NCBI GenBank assembly: GCA_943370825.1
Contig: CALRSR020000006.1
Coordinates: forward strand, 21,080-85,079
DNA from: Bosea thiooxidans
GTDB lineage: Bacteria; Pseudomonadota; Gammaproteobacteria; Burkholderiales; Burkholderiaceae_C
Reading direction: 5' to 3'
Length of the DNA stretch: 64,000 nucleotides
Made by a program: the position numbers and the translations under genes. Positions 28,464 to 39,859 of this stretch are shown one piece after another; the stretch's first letter is position 1, and every line of letters begins with the position of its first letter. The notes under the pieces are model-generated. The model had not been told where the DNA came from, did no database searches, and was given only the letters and a program-made list of their open reading frames with translations.

Positions 28464-29360
28464 ATGGGCGTTTCCCTGGACGGCAAACTGGTGGTGGCGA
28501 TCTCCTCGCGCGCCCTGTTCGATTTCGAGGCCGAGAACCACCTGTTCGAGAAAGGCGATGACCGCGCCTACATGCGGCTGCAGCTGGAGAAGCTGGACGA
28601 GCCGGCCCACCCCGGCGTGGCCTTCTCGCTGATCCGCAAGCTGCTGAGCTTCAACGATGCGGCCAACCAGCGGGTCGAGGTGGTCATGCTCTCGCGCAAC
28701 GACCCGGTGTCGGGCCTGCGGGTGTTCCGCTCGGTCAAGGACCACGACCTGCAGGTGCAGCGCGGCGTGTTCACCCGGGGCCGCGACCCCTGGCGCTACC
28801 TGGCACCACTGAAGGCCAACCTGTTCCTCTCGGCCAATGCGACCGATGTGCGCGCAGCCCTGAACATGGGCTTCCCGGCCGCCACCGTGGCCACCCACTC
28901 GGCCCGGGCACCCAACAATTACCCCAACGAGGTGCGCATCGCCTTCGACGGCGACGCGGTGCTGTTCTCGGACGAGGCCGAACAGGTCTACCAGGCCCAG
29001 GGCCTGCCGGCCTTCCAGCTGCACGAATCCAGCAAGGCCAGCCAGCCGCTGCCCGGCGGGCCGTTCAAGCCGCTGCTCGAAGCGCTGCAGCGCCTGCAGC
29101 AGGAAGGCACGCCCCACATGCGCATCCGCACCGCGCTGGTCACCGCCCGCAGCGCCCCGGCCCACGAACGCGCCATCCGCACCCTGATGGACTGGAACAT
29201 CGAGGTCGACGAGGCCATGTTCCTCGGCGGCATGGACAAGGGCGAATTCCTGCGGGCCTTTGAACCCGACTTCTTCTTCGACGATCAGACCGGCCACATC
29301 GAATCCGCCGCCCGCCATGTGCCCGCCGGGCATGTGGCCAGCGGCATCGCCAACCCCTGA
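28464..29360 (+). CDS. 5'-nucleotidase (cN-I-like family)
   Basis: LVVAISSRALFD, RIAFDGDAVLF, TARSAPAHER, FFDDQ. Confidence 0.9.
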   Translation: MGVSLDGKLVVAISSRALFDFEAENHLFEKGDDRAYMRLQLEKLDEPAHPGVAFSLIRKLLSFNDAANQRVEVVMLSRNDPVSGLRVFRSVKDHDLQVQRGVFTRGRDPWRYLAPLKANLFLSANATDVRAALNMGFPAATVATHSARAPNNYPNEVRIAFDGDAVLFSDEAEQVYQAQGLPAFQLHESSKASQPLPGGPFKPLLEALQRLQQEGTPHMRIRTALVTARSAPAHERAIRTLMDWNIEVDEAMFLGGMDKGEFLRAFEPDFFFDDQTGHIESAARHVPAGHVASGIANP

Positions 29361-29366
29361 GGTCCC

Positions 29367-31175
29367 ATGACTGCCGAGATGTCCGTTGCACCGCCCGTGA
29401 AGTTGTCGCGCTGGCAAGCGTTCCGCGAGTTCGCCGGCAAGGTCGCCCGCCTCACCGCCCCCTATTTCAGCTCCGAGGAAAAGTGGAAGGCCCGGGGCCT
29501 GCTGGCCGCCATCGTGGCGCTCAACCTGGGCGCGGTCTACATGCTGGTGCAGATCAACGAATGGAACCGGGTGTTCTACGACGCGCTGCAGAACAAGGAC
29601 GCCGAGGTCTTCTGGCGCGAACTGGGCCGCTTCACGTATCTGGCCTTCGGCTTCATCCTGATCGCGGTCTACCGCTTCTACCTGACCCAGCTGCTGGAGA
29701 TGCGCTGGCGCGCCTGGATGACCGGCCACTACCTGGACCGCTGGCTCACCCACCAGCGCTTCTACCAGCTCGAACTGCAGCGCCATGCGCGCGGCGCCGA
29801 TGCGCCACCGGACAACCCGGACCAGCGCATCGCCGAAGACATGAACCTGTTCACCAGCTACTCGGTGAGCCTGTCCATGGGCCTGCTCAATGCGGTGGTG
29901 ACGCTGGTGAGCTTCGTGGGCATCCTGTGGTCGCTCTCGGGCAGCTTCGCCTTCAACTTCAACGGACAGAGCTGGGACATCCCCGGCTTCATGGTCTGGA
30001 TGGCGGTGGTGTATTGCGTGGCCGGCAGCGTCATCACCCATTACATCGGTCGGCCGCAGATCGGCCTGAACTTCCGCCAGCAGCGCTTCGAGGCCGACTT
30101 CCGCCACCACCTGGTGCGGGTGCGCGAGTACAGCGAATCCATCGCGCTCGACAAGGGCGAACCGGTTGAGCGGCGCCACCTGGGCCAGCGCTTCCAATCG
30201 GTGCTGTCGAACTACCTGCAGCTGATCAACGCCCAGAAGCGGCTGACCTGGTTCACCGTGGGCTTCGGCCAGGCGGCCGTGGTGTTCCCCTTCATCGTGG
30301 CCGCACCGCGCTTCTTCAGCGGCGCCATCCAGCTCGGTGAGCTCATCCAGATCGCCTCGGCCTTCGGGCGGGTGCAGGACGCGCTCTCGTGGTTCGTCGA
30401 CAACTACAGCAGCCTGGCCGCCTGGCGCGCCACCACCGACCGCATCACCAGCTTCGAGGAAAGCTTCCAGGCCCTGCAGACCGGGGGTGCCGACACCGCG
30501 CCGGCATCCGGCTCGGCCGACGACACCCTGGCCCTGGACCGCATGGACCTGGCCCTGCCCGGCGGCGTGGCGCTGCTGGGCGTGACCGGCCTGCGCCTGT
30601 CACCCGGCGACCGGGTGTTGCTGCAGGGCCCGTCGGGCAGCGGCAAGTCCACCCTGTTCCGGGGCCTGGCCGGCATCTGGCCCTGGGCACAGCGCCAGCT
30701 GCAGCTGCCGGCCGACTTTGCGACGCGGGCCATGTTCCTGCCGCAGCGGCCCTACTTTCCCACCGGCCCGCTGCGCGACGCCCTGGCCTACCCCGAGCCG
30801 GCCGAACGCTACACCGACGATCAGCTGCGCCAGGCGCTGAACGACGCCCTGCTGCCCGATCTGGGCGCCCGACTGGACGAGGTGGACAGCTGGGGGCAGA
30901 AGCTCTCAGGCGGAGAACAGCAGCGCCTGGCCGCCGCACGCGCCCTGCTCAAGCAGCCCCGCTGGCTGTTCGTGGACGAAGCCACCAGCGCGCTTGATCC
31001 GGCGGCCGAAGCCGCCTTGTACGAACGGCTGCAGGCCCTGGTGCAGGCGCAGAACGGTGCCCTGATCTCGATTGCCCACCGCCCGGCCGTGGCCGCCTTC
31101 CACAACCGGCAGTGGACGCTGGTGCCGGGGGACGGCACCGAAGGCGCGCCGCGTTACCGGGTGGCCGCGGCGTAA
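29367..31175 (+). CDS. Fused ABC transporter permease/ATPase (YddA / BacA-like, ABCD type)
   Basis: [41 protein letters not shown]. Confidence 0.92.
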   Translation: MTAEMSVAPPVKLSRWQAFREFAGKVARLTAPYFSSEEKWKARGLLAAIVALNLGAVYMLVQINEWNRVFYDALQNKDAEVFWRELGRFTYLAFGFILIAVYRFYLTQLLEMRWRAWMTGHYLDRWLTHQRFYQLELQRHARGADAPPDNPDQRIAEDMNLFTSYSVSLSMGLLNAVVTLVSFVGILWSLSGSFAFNFNGQSWDIPGFMVWMAVVYCVAGSVITHYIGRPQIGLNFRQQRFEADFRHHLVRVREYSESIALDKGEPVERRHLGQRFQSVLSNYLQLINAQKRLTWFTVGFGQAAVVFPFIVAAPRFFSGAIQLGELIQIASAFGRVQDALSWFVDNYSSLAAWRATTDRITSFEESFQALQTGGADTAPASGSADDTLALDRMDLALPGGVALLGVTGLRLSPGDRVLLQGPSGSGKSTLFRGLAGIWPWAQRQLQLPADFATRAMFLPQRPYFPTGPLRDALAYPEPAERYTDDQLRQALNDALLPDLGARLDEVDSWGQKLSGGEQQRLAAARALLKQPRWLFVDEATSALDPAAEAALYERLQALVQAQNGALISIAHRPAVAAFHNRQWTLVPGDGTEGAPRYRVAAA

Positions 31176-31882
31176 GCGTCCCAGCCCCGCGCGCGCAGCT
31201 CGCAGGCCGGGCAGCTGCCGCAGCCCCAGCCCCAGGCGTGGCGGTGGGTGCGGTCGCCCAGGTAGCAGGTGTGGCTGTGTTCCACGATCAGGTCCACCAG
31301 ATGCTGGCCGCCCAGCTGCTCGGCCAGGCGCCAGGTGTCGGCCTTGTCGATCCACATGAGCGGTGTGTCGATCAGGAAGCGGTGGTCCATGCCCAGGGTG
31401 AGCGCCACCTGCAGGGCCTTCATGGTGTCGTCGCGGCAGTCGGGGTAGCCGGAAAAATCGGTCTCGCACACGCCGGTCACCAGCACCGTCATGCCGCGCC
31501 GGTAGGCCAGGGCTGCGGCCAGCGTCAGGAACAGCAGGTTGCGCCCCGGCACGAAGGTGTTGGGCAGGCCGCTGGCCTCCATGCGGAAGGCCATGTCGCG
31601 GGTGAGCGAGGTGTCGGACACCGCGCCCAGCACCGCCAGGTCGAGCACATGGTCGTCGCCCAGGCGATCGGCCCACTGCGGAAAGCGTTCGCGCAGCTCG
31701 CGCAGCACATTCAGGCGGGCCTGCAGTTCCACATGGTGGCGCTGGCCATAGTCGAAACCCAGGGTCTCGACGTGCTCGAAACGGTCCAGCGCATGGGCCA
31801 GACAGGTGGTGGAATCCTGGCCGCCGGAGAACAGGACCAGGGCGCGCCGGTGCACCGGCGCCGAAGAGGGAGCGTTTACCAT
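31154..31882 (-). CDS. queC: 7-cyano-7-deazaguanine synthase
   Basis: [36 protein letters not shown]. Confidence 0.97.
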   Translation of the reverse strand: MVNAPSSAPVHRRALVLFSGGQDSTTCLAHALDRFEHVETLGFDYGQRHHVELQARLNVLRELRERFPQWADRLGDDHVLDLAVLGAVSDTSLTRDMAFRMEASGLPNTFVPGRNLLFLTLAAALAYRRGMTVLVTGVCETDFSGYPDCRDDTMKALQVALTLGMDHRFLIDTPLMWIDKADTWRLAEQLGGQHLVDLIVEHSHTCYLGDRTHRHAWGWGCGSCPACELRARGWDAYAAATR

Positions 31883-31919
31883 GGCGTGATCGTACCGCCG
31901 GGCCGACGCCCAACCCGAT

Positions 31920-33164
31920 TCAGGTCATGCGTTCCGAGCGCCGCCCGGCATGGCTGTGGCTGGTGGCCAGCATGCGCAGCAGGCTGCGGTTGGCGGTCTC
32001 CAGCGAGATGTCGTGCACCCGGCACACCAGCGGCAGGCGGGCGATGTCGGCGGGCTGGCCCAGGGCGCGGGCGGTGTCCACCAGGGAGAAGTACGGGCCG
32101 TCGCGGCGCAGCAGCGCGTCGAAGATGCGGCCCGGCAACGGCAGCTTGTTGAGCAGCATGGCCAGCGGCTGGTGCAGCAGGCGGCCCAGCTCGCCCATGA
32201 GCGCGGTGGCATAGACCTCGGCGCGCAGGGTGTCGTCGGAGCCGGTCATCAGCAGGTGCTGGGCCAGGCGGGCGCGCATGACCATGGCCAGGCGCACCGG
32301 GTGCAGGTCGGGGTCGGGCTCGACCTCGGTGATCTGCTCGGTCACCCAGCGGCCCAGTTCGCGAAAGCCCAGCATCATCAGCGCATGGCGCAGCGAGCCG
32401 ATCTCGCGCCGGTTGCCGTAGGCGGCGGAGTTCACCAGCAGCAGCAGCCGATACACCAGCACCGCGTCCTGGCGCACCAGGCGCTCCAGCCGTTCGACCG
32501 AACAGTCGTCATCGTCGATGGCCTGCAGCACCGCGTGCAGGATGTCGCGGTCGTAGCTGATGGGGTGGTGGCGGTGGGAGGCCAGCACATCGTCTTCCGG
32601 CCAGCCGAGCACGCCGTGCACCGACTGTTCTTCGAGCAAGTGGCGCAGCAGGGTGCGGTTGTCGGCACCGCCGACGATCAGACCCGGCGGCAGCTGCGGC
32701 GGCGTCCGGCCAGGGGGCACCGCCGCCAGCAGGCGCTGGGCGTCATCGGTCGTGAGGTGCACCAGCGGCCGGGCGTCCACGCTGTCCAGGCCGGGGCCAT
32801 GCAGGCCGGACAAGGCCGTGCGGCACACCAGGCGGTGGCCACGGCGCACCGCAATGGACAGGCGGGCTGCGGTGTCGGCGCGGGCGAACAGATCGGCCGG
32901 CACCTCGATGCAGGTGTTGTGCACCGGGTCCACCGCGAGGGTCTGCAGCAGCAGGCGGGGCGAGGCGATGGACAGGATGAGCGTGGGCGCTTCTTCCGGC
33001 CAGTGCTCGCCCAGCAGTTCCATGAAATGGGCCGCGTCCACCCCGGTGGGCGTGACCGGGTGCAGGTGCAGGCGGGCCGCCACCAGATGGCGGTCGGGCG
33101 CCCACACCGGCTCGTAGGCCAGGGCCAGACTGTCGAGCACCGACTGGGTGTTGAGCACGGACAC
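31920..33164 (-). CDS. Degenerate-EAL / HDOD domain protein
   Basis: N-terminal YEPVW (QPI-like), [25 protein letters not shown]...LRHALMMLG; GTG start 1 nt from the flgL stop. Confidence 0.75.
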   Translation of the reverse strand: MSVLNTQSVLDSLALAYEPVWAPDRHLVAARLHLHPVTPTGVDAAHFMELLGEHWPEEAPTLILSIASPRLLLQTLAVDPVHNTCIEVPADLFARADTAARLSIAVRRGHRLVCRTALSGLHGPGLDSVDARPLVHLTTDDAQRLLAAVPPGRTPPQLPPGLIVGGADNRTLLRHLLEEQSVHGVLGWPEDDVLASHRHHPISYDRDILHAVLQAIDDDDCSVERLERLVRQDAVLVYRLLLLVNSAAYGNRREIGSLRHALMMLGFRELGRWVTEQITEVEPDPDLHPVRLAMVMRARLAQHLLMTGSDDTLRAEVYATALMGELGRLLHQPLAMLLNKLPLPGRIFDALLRRDGPYFSLVDTARALGQPADIARLPLVCRVHDISLETANRSLLRMLATSHSHAGRRSERMT

Positions 33165-33165
33165 C

Positions 33166-34386
33166 TCAGCCGATCATCGAGAACAGGGAGAGCTTCTGCA
33201 CCTGGGCATAGCTCTTGATGGCGGCCTCCAGGCCCTGCTGCTGGGTCTGGAAGTCCGAGATGCCCTTGACCAGGTCCATGTCGGTCAGGCGGGAGTCCTC
33301 GGCCTTGTGGTCGAAGGCCCGGCCTTCAAGCAGGCTGCCCAGCGAATCGGCCCGGTTGAGCAGTTCGCCCACGCGGCCGCGCGCCAGCAGCACCCGGTCA
33401 TGGCCGGCGTCGACCTCGGTCATGGCGCGGGCGAGTTCCTGGTTGCGGTGGGCCGATTCGTTGGCGCCGTTGTAGCGCAGCGCATCGACCGCGTTCTGCA
33501 CGATGGAGAAGATGTCGGAGCGCGCCGGCGAGCCTTCGATGTCGATGGCGTCTCCGCTGGCTGGCTGACCGCTGATGGTGAGGCTCATGCCGCCGAACTG
33601 TACGACCTTGCCCGGCTCGTAAGGTACGCCGGTGTGACTGGCCAGCGGCGTGTTGCCGTTGGTCACATCGATCACGGTGTACTGCATCTGGCCGGCCACC
33701 TGGTTGAAGCTGATGCGGTAGTCGCCGCCGGTGTAGCTGGCCGGGTCGATCACCTCGCCCATGCTGGTGCTGGCCGCGCCGGTGTTGCTGTTGGGCAGGG
33801 TGACGACGAAGCGGCCGTTGCCCTGCGGCACCTGCATCCAGATGGACTCGCCGTCCAGGGCCTGGGGCAGTGCGGTGTTGCCGGCCGCGGCCTGGCCGCG
33901 CTGGCCATTGAAGGTCACGCCGTTGCCGCTGGGGGTGTAGAGGTCCACGAAGGGCGTTGCCGCCCCGCCCAGACCGCCGAACAGGGTGCGGCCGGCGCTG
34001 TCAGTGCGGTTGGCCACCGCGATCATCTGCTCCCGCAGGCCTTCGAGCTGTCGGGCCACGTCCTCGCGTTCGCTGTCGGTGAAGGCGGCGTTGCCGGCGG
34101 TGACCAGCAGGTCGCGCACCCGCTGGATCAGCTCGCCCGATTCGGCCAGGCCGCTCTCGGCCTGCTGCAGGCTGGTGCGCGAAGCCTCCAGCGCGCGCTG
34201 GTCGGCCTCGGCACGGGCCAGCCGGTTGCGGGCGGCCTCCGACAGAGTGGCGGCCACCGGATCGTCGCTGGCGCGCAGCACCCGCTTGCCGGTGGCCAGG
34301 CGCTCCTGCTGCTGGGCCAGCTGGGCCTGACGGTCGGCCAGCACCTTGATGGTGGTGTCGTAGTTGTTGGCGGTGGCGATGCGCAT
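33166..34386 (-). CDS. flgL: Flagellar hook-associated protein 3
   Basis: MRIAT, LATGKRVLRASDDPVAA, N-terminal flagellin-like helix. Confidence 0.95.
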   Translation of the reverse strand: MRIATANNYDTTIKVLADRQAQLAQQQERLATGKRVLRASDDPVAATLSEAARNRLARAEADQRALEASRTSLQQAESGLAESGELIQRVRDLLVTAGNAAFTDSEREDVARQLEGLREQMIAVANRTDSAGRTLFGGLGGAATPFVDLYTPSGNGVTFNGQRGQAAAGNTALPQALDGESIWMQVPQGNGRFVVTLPNSNTGAASTSMGEVIDPASYTGGDYRISFNQVAGQMQYTVIDVTNGNTPLASHTGVPYEPGKVVQFGGMSLTISGQPASGDAIDIEGSPARSDIFSIVQNAVDALRYNGANESAHRNQELARAMTEVDAGHDRVLLARGRVGELLNRADSLGSLLEGRAFDHKAEDSRLTDMDLVKGISDFQTQQQGLEAAIKSYAQVQKLSLFSMIG

Positions 34387-34413
34387 GTTGGTCTCCCCTG
34401 GAACTCAGACGGC

Positions 34414-36330
34414 TCAGCGGCCCACGGTCTGCAGCAGGCTGTCGAAGGTGCTCTGCGCGATCTGCAGGAACTTGGCCGACGCCTGGTAGGCCTGCTGGAA
34501 CTGCAGCAGCCGGGCGGCTTCCTCGTCCAGATTGACGCCGGCCACGCCGGCCCGGGCGGCCTCGGCCGTGGCGGCCACATTGCCCGAGAACTCGGCCGCG
34601 AACTGCGCGCCCTGCACCCGGGTGCCGATGTCGGAGAACAGGCTCACATAGCCATCGGCCAGCGAGACGCCGTCAAAGGTGGCCAGGTCGCGCAGGGCCA
34701 GCACGGCGCTGGCATTGCCGGCGTTCTGGGCCAGGCCGTTGGCCGGCGAGGCCTGCACCGCGAAGGTGTCGCCCGCCGTGGGCGCGCCACGCAGGGTCAG
34801 GCTCCAGCCATTGACCTGGATCGGCTCGCCCGGGGCGTAGTTGTAGACCGTGGCCGGGTTGGTGATGCTGGCGCCACTGAGCGTGTAGGTGCCGTTGGCG
34901 CCGAAGGTGATGCTGACCGGGCTGGTCAGGTTGGCGTCCTGGGCGGTGGCGTACAGGCTCTCCACCGACAGGCTGCCGCTGTTGGTGGTGCCCGGGGTCA
35001 CCGCCACCGGGCTGGCCGCCGCCAGCTTGTCGGGAGCGCCGATGGCCACCTGGATGTTGCGCGCGGCGGCCTCGAACGGGCGGGACCGGAAACGGTCGTT
35101 GGCGCCCAGGGCGCCGCTGTCCAGGGTGAAGGTCAGGCCGTCCACCTCGACGGGCAGCGCGCCGGTGGCCAGCGGCGGGTTGCCGGCCGGCGGGGTCATG
35201 GTGTTGTCGGACAGGCGCACGATGCGCAGGCCGCCGGCTTCGGCGCGGATGTCGTAGTCCGAGGCCTTGAGGGCCGAGGGATCGGTCACCGTCACGCTGA
35301 AGGCGGCATTGCCGGTGTTGGCCGGCGCGGCGATGGCCGCCATCGGCGGGGTGGGTGCAAAGAAGGGCTGGCCGGGCTGACCGGTCAGATCCACACCCAG
35401 GGCGTGCTGGCCGTTGACGATGGTGGCGGTGGCCAGGGCCATGCGGCCGATCTGGTTCTGTGCGGCGGCCAGGTCTTCGTTCAGGAAGCGCACCATGCCG
35501 GCCAGCTCGCCGCCACCCAGGGCCGCCAGATTCAGGTCCGACTGGGTGCTGCCCTGCAGGAAGGACACCTGGATGCGCGAGGTGTCCACCGGATCGCGCG
35601 TGACCGCCAGCCGGGCCGGCTGCGAGCCCAGCACCAGTGGCTGGCTGCCGCCCACGAACACGTTGACCGTGCCGCTCTCGCCGGGCACGGTGGCGATCTT
35701 GACCAGCTGGCTCATCTCGGCGAGCAGCTGGTCGCGCGAATCCAGCAGGTCGTTGGGGGTGTGCGAACCACCGGCGTTCTCGATGATGCTCTGGTTGACG
35801 GCGGCGAGGTCCTTGGCCAGGCGGTTGATGGACTCCACCGTGGTCTGCACCTGCAGCTCGGTGCCCTGCTTGAGCAGGTCCAGCTGGCCGGCGGTGTTGC
35901 GCAGGCGGCTGGCGAATTCGTCGGCGCGGGCAATGGTCACCACGCGGGCGGTCAGGTTGCTGGGCGCCGAGGTCACATCGTTCCAGGCGTTGAGCATGCT
36001 GTTGAGCGCCGTGCCCAGGCCGTTCTCGCCCATGGGGAAGGCCTTCTCCAGCTGCTGCAGGCGCGCCAGGCGAACGCTGTCGGCCGCCGCGGTGGAGCTG
36101 GTGGCCCGGGCCTCGCTGGTGAGGTAGGCGCTGTGGGTGCGCTCGACCGTGGCGATCTCCACACCCTTGCCGAAGTAGCCGCTGCCCATGGCCTGATAGC
36201 CGGAACTCTGCAGCTGCACCGTCTGGCGCGAGTAGCCCTCGGTGTTGACGTTGGCGATGTTGTGGCCGATGACCTGCAGGGCGGACAGGTTGGCATTGAG
36301 CGCACGGGTGGCGATGTTGAGGGATGACAT
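34414..36330 (-). CDS. flgK: Flagellar hook-associated protein 1
   Basis: GHNIANVNTEGYSRQ, PNDLLDSRD, GVNLDEEAARLLQFQQAYQASAK. Confidence 0.96.
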   Translation of the reverse strand: MSSLNIATRALNANLSALQVIGHNIANVNTEGYSRQTVQLQSSGYQAMGSGYFGKGVEIATVERTHSAYLTSEARATSSTAAADSVRLARLQQLEKAFPMGENGLGTALNSMLNAWNDVTSAPSNLTARVVTIARADEFASRLRNTAGQLDLLKQGTELQVQTTVESINRLAKDLAAVNQSIIENAGGSHTPNDLLDSRDQLLAEMSQLVKIATVPGESGTVNVFVGGSQPLVLGSQPARLAVTRDPVDTSRIQVSFLQGSTQSDLNLAALGGGELAGMVRFLNEDLAAAQNQIGRMALATATIVNGQHALGVDLTGQPGQPFFAPTPPMAAIAAPANTGNAAFSVTVTDPSALKASDYDIRAEAGGLRIVRLSDNTMTPPAGNPPLATGALPVEVDGLTFTLDSGALGANDRFRSRPFEAAARNIQVAIGAPDKLAAASPVAVTPGTTNSGSLSVESLYATAQDANLTSPVSITFGANGTYTLSGASITNPATVYNYAPGEPIQVNGWSLTLRGAPTAGDTFAVQASPANGLAQNAGNASAVLALRDLATFDGVSLADGYVSLFSDIGTRVQGAQFAAEFSGNVAATAEAARAGVAGVNLDEEAARLLQFQQAYQASAKFLQIAQSTFDSLLQTVGR

Positions 36331-36355
36331 GTCGGTCTCGCGTTGGCCGTCGGGC

Positions 36356-37195
36356 TCAGGTCTCGGCGCGCTGCAGGCTCAGGGTGGTGTTGATGGCGCG
36401 GCTGAGCTTGGCGGCATACGCCGGGTCGGTGGCATAGCCGCCGCGCTGCAGGGCGGTGGCAAAGCCGGTGACCGAATGGCGCTGGGCCATGGCTTCTTCG
36501 TAGCGCGGGCTGTTGCCGATCAGGCGGGCGTAGTCGCGGAAGGAATCGGCATAGCTGTCGTAGGCCCGGAACTTGGCCTTGACCTTGCGCGGCTCGCCGT
36601 CGATGTATTCGGTGGTGGTGATCTCGGCCACCTTGCCCTTCCAGCCCGGGCCGGCCTTGATGCCGAACAGGTTGAAGGACGGCGAGCCGTCGGCATGGCG
36701 GATCTCGCTGCGACCCCAGCCGGTTTCATGCCCGGCCTGACCGATCATGAAGCCGGCCGGAATGCCGGCCTCGCGCTCCACCTGGGCGGCCGCAGCGCTG
36801 TGGCGGCTCACGAAGTCGGCCTGGCGCGCACCGCCGGACACCCTGTCGATGGTGCTGGGCACCACCGGCGCAGCGGGACTGGCACCCTGCATCTGCCGGC
36901 CCAGCTGGCGCTCGATGGCCTCGGACAGGCCGCCGGGCATGCCGGCCAGGCTGACCGAGAGCTGCTGGTCGAGCAGGTCGGTGCCCAGGTTCTCGCCTTC
37001 GCTGTCCATCATGCCGGACTTCTGCGTGGCTTCGCGCATGCTCTTGATCAGCTCGCGCATGAACAGCGATTCAAACTGCTTGGCCGCCTCCTTCAGGGCG
37101 GCGCGGTCCTGACCCTGACCCGCCAGCGCCTTGAGTCCGCCCAGCGAGGTCGGATCGGCCGCCAGGCCGGAGGGCATGAGCGGGCTGGTGTTCAT
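36356..37195 (-). CDS. flgJ: Flagellar rod assembly protein / muramidase
   Basis: AAKQFESLF, QAGHETGWG, NLFGIKA, GYATDPAYA; ATG at 37195 overlaps the flgI stop. Confidence 0.95.
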   Translation of the reverse strand: MNTSPLMPSGLAADPTSLGGLKALAGQGQDRAALKEAAKQFESLFMRELIKSMREATQKSGMMDSEGENLGTDLLDQQLSVSLAGMPGGLSEAIERQLGRQMQGASPAAPVVPSTIDRVSGGARQADFVSRHSAAAAQVEREAGIPAGFMIGQAGHETGWGRSEIRHADGSPSFNLFGIKAGPGWKGKVAEITTTEYIDGEPRKVKAKFRAYDSYADSFRDYARLIGNSPRYEEAMAQRHSVTGFATALQRGGYATDPAYAAKLSRAINTTLSLQRAET

Positions 37196-38334
37196 CAGAT
37201 CACCTCGAGTTCGGCATTGAGCGCACCCGAGGCCTTGATGGCCTGCAGGATGGCCAGCAGGTCCTGCGGCGTGGCGCCCAGGCTGTTGAGGGCCTTGACC
37301 ACATCCGACAGCTGCGCGGCCGGGCCCATCTGGATCAGCGAACCCTTGTCCTGGCTGATCTGGATGTTGGCCTGCTCGGCCACCACCGTCTGGCCGTTGG
37401 ACAGCGGGTTGGGCTGGCTGATCACCGGGGTGGAGCTGATGCTCACCGACAGGTTGCCGTGTGCCACGGCGCACGGACCCAGGGTGACCGCCTGGTTCAT
37501 GGCGATGGAGCCGGTGCGCGAATTGATGACCACCTTGGCGGTGGGAATGGCGGCATCCAGCCGCACGTCTTCCACCCGGGCCAGGAAGGCCACCCGGCTG
37601 TTCGGATCGGCCGGGGCCCGCAGGCGCACCACGCGGCCATCGACCGCGCTGGCGGTGCCGGCGCCCAGCGCCTTGTTGATGGCATCGGTCACGCGGCTGG
37701 CGGTGGTGAAGTCGTTGCTCTGCAGGCCCAGATCGATGGTCTCGCCCAGTGCAAACGGCGTGGCCACCGCCCGCTCCACCTGACCACCGCCCGGGATGCG
37801 CCCGGCGCTCAGGTGGTTGATCTGCACCTTGCTGCCGCCCGCCGAAGCGCCGGCACCGCCGACCAGCAGGTTGCCCTGGGCCAGCGCATAGATCTCGCCG
37901 TCGGCGCCCTTGAGCGGCGTGGCGATCAGGGTGCCGCCGCGCAGCGACTTGGCATTGCCCATGGACGACACGGTCACGTCGATGGCCTGCCCGGGTTGCG
38001 CAAACGGCGGCAGCTCGGCGGTGACCAGCACCGCCGCGATGTTCTTGAACTGCGGGTTCACGCCGGGCGGCAGCGTCAGGCCCAGCTGCTGCAGGTAATT
38101 GGCCATGCCCTGGCTGGTGTAGGGCATCTGGGTGGTCTGGTCGCCGGTGCCGTCCAGGCCGACCACCAGGCCGTAACCGGTGAGCTGGTTGGTGCGCACG
38201 CCCTGCACCGCGGCGATTTCCTTGACCCGGATCGACTGCGCCGCTGCCGGCAGGGCGGCTGCCACGGCGGTGGCGGTGAGCACCGCCAGCGTGAGGAAGC
38301 GGCTCAAGTTCTGCAGCAGAGGGACGATATTCAT
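37195..38334 (-). CDS. flgI: Flagellar P-ring protein
   Basis: GVRTNQLTGYGLVVGLDGTGD, SLRGGTL, LQAIKASGAL. Confidence 0.97.
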   Translation of the reverse strand: MNIVPLLQNLSRFLTLAVLTATAVAAALPAAAQSIRVKEIAAVQGVRTNQLTGYGLVVGLDGTGDQTTQMPYTSQGMANYLQQLGLTLPPGVNPQFKNIAAVLVTAELPPFAQPGQAIDVTVSSMGNAKSLRGGTLIATPLKGADGEIYALAQGNLLVGGAGASAGGSKVQINHLSAGRIPGGGQVERAVATPFALGETIDLGLQSNDFTTASRVTDAINKALGAGTASAVDGRVVRLRAPADPNSRVAFLARVEDVRLDAAIPTAKVVINSRTGSIAMNQAVTLGPCAVAHGNLSVSISSTPVISQPNPLSNGQTVVAEQANIQISQDKGSLIQMGPAAQLSDVVKALNSLGATPQDLLAILQAIKASGALNAELEVI

Positions 38335-38376
38335 CTCAGTACACCCGATGGAAGACAGCCCCATTGTGGGCAGGGA

Positions 38377-39045
38377 TCAGAACGGGATAACGCTCAAAAA
38401 GAACCGCGCCAACCAGCCAATTGACATGGCTTCGCCCTGTGCGCCGCGGTTGCGCGATTCGATGCGGGCATTGGCCACCTGGGTGGAAGCCACCACGTTG
38501 CCGGGACGGATGGTGCGCGGATCGACCGTGCCGGAGAAGCGCATCACGTCCACATTGGCATTCACGCCGATCTGCTTCTCGCCCACCACCACCAGATGGC
38601 CGTTGGGCAGCACTTCCTGCACCGTGGCGGTGATGGAGCCGTTGAAGGTGTTGTTGGCCTGGTTCTTGCCGTCGCCCGCGAAGCTGTTCTCCGACTGGGC
38701 GCCCACATCCAGCTTGCCCAGCGTGGCGCCCTTGAGGAACGGGAAGGCCGTGATGCCGGCCGACACGTCGGCGCTGCGGTCGATGGAGGCCGACGAGTTC
38801 TGGCTGGCCGTCACCCGCTCGGTGATCTGGATGGTGACGATGTCGCCCGGCAGGCGCGCCCGCGCATCCTCGAAACCCGGCCGGTAGGTGGCGGGCCGGA
38901 ACAGGCTGCCGCTGGGCACGCCCTGGGCCTGCGGCGCCTGGGCATATTCCACCGGACGGGCCGGTGCCAGCTCCACCTTGGGCTGCATGGTCTCGCAGCC
39001 GGCGAGCAGGGCGGTGGCGCAGAGCACAAGAGCGATGCGTTGCAT
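38377..39045 (-). CDS. flgH: Flagellar L-ring lipoprotein
   Basis: Lipobox LAGC, GDIVTIQITE, VLPNGHLVV, GWLARFF. Confidence 0.96.
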   Translation of the reverse strand: MQRIALVLCATALLAGCETMQPKVELAPARPVEYAQAPQAQGVPSGSLFRPATYRPGFEDARARLPGDIVTIQITERVTASQNSSASIDRSADVSAGITAFPFLKGATLGKLDVGAQSENSFAGDGKNQANNTFNGSITATVQEVLPNGHLVVVGEKQIGVNANVDVMRFSGTVDPRTIRPGNVVASTQVANARIESRNRGAQGEAMSIGWLARFFLSVIPF

Positions 39046-39065
39046 GGGACACCTCGACAGAAAGA

Positions 39066-39848
39066 TCACAGCTGGCTCAGACGCTGCAGCATCTGGTCGG
39101 AGGTCTGGATGGCCTTGGAATTCATCTCGTAGGCGCGCTGGGTCTGGATCATGGTGACCAGTTCCTGCACCACGTTCACGTTGGAGGCTTCGGTGAAGCC
39201 CTGCATCAGGTTGCCCATGCCGACGGTGCCCGGGTTGCCGTTGATGGGGTTGCCCGAGGCCACGCTCTCGCGGTAGAGGTTCTGGCCCATGGGTTCCAGG
39301 CCGGCGGGGTTGATGAAGTTGGCCAGCTCCAGCACACCCACCTGCTGCGGTGCGGTGGTGCCCGGCAGCTTGGCGCTGACCACGCCATCGCCGGAGATGG
39401 TGATGCTGGTGGTCTCCGGCGGCAGCGTGATGCCGGCACTCAGCGGATAACCGCTGTTGGTGACCAGCTGGCCCTGCGAGTTGAGCTGGAACGAGCCGTC
39501 GCGGGTGTAGGCGGTGGTGCCGTCGGGCATCTGCACCTGGAAGAAACCCTGGCCGTTGATGGCCACATCCAGCGCGTTGCCCGATTGCTGCAGGCTGCCC
39601 TGGGTGAACGAGCGCGAGGTGGCCACAGTGCGCACGCCCAGGCCGACCTGCAGGCCGGTGGGCAGCTCGGCCTGCTCGGCGGTGTTGGAACCCACCTGGC
39701 GCAGGTTCTGGTACATGAGGTCCTCGAAGACCGCGTTGGACCGCTTGAAGCCGGTGGTGGAGACGTTGGCCAGGTTGTTCGAGATGACGTCGAGCTGGGT
39801 TTGCTGCGCCGTCATGCCGGTCTTGGAAATCAGCAGGGAGTTGATCAT
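39066..39848 (-). CDS. flgG: Flagellar distal rod protein
   Basis: [37 protein letters not shown]. Confidence 0.97.
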   Translation of the reverse strand: MINSLLISKTGMTAQQTQLDVISNNLANVSTTGFKRSNAVFEDLMYQNLRQVGSNTAEQAELPTGLQVGLGVRTVATSRSFTQGSLQQSGNALDVAINGQGFFQVQMPDGTTAYTRDGSFQLNSQGQLVTNSGYPLSAGITLPPETTSITISGDGVVSAKLPGTTAPQQVGVLELANFINPAGLEPMGQNLYRESVASGNPINGNPGTVGMGNLMQGFTEASNVNVVQELVTMIQTQRAYEMNSKAIQTSDQMLQRLSQL

Positions 39849-39859
39849 GGCGGTGTCCT

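Noticed and set aside
26964-30197. Long antisense or alternative-frame ORFs (e.g. 26964-30197 -, 33148-36327 +, 24697-27153 -, 9073-10833 -)
   Set aside because: Shadow ORFs of real genes caused by high-GC codon bias; no family motifs
31154-31175. Convergent 3' overlaps (ABC transporter/queC; also cobT-like/exonuclease at 11849-11855)
   Set aside because: Short tail-to-tail overlaps are common in compact GC-rich genomes
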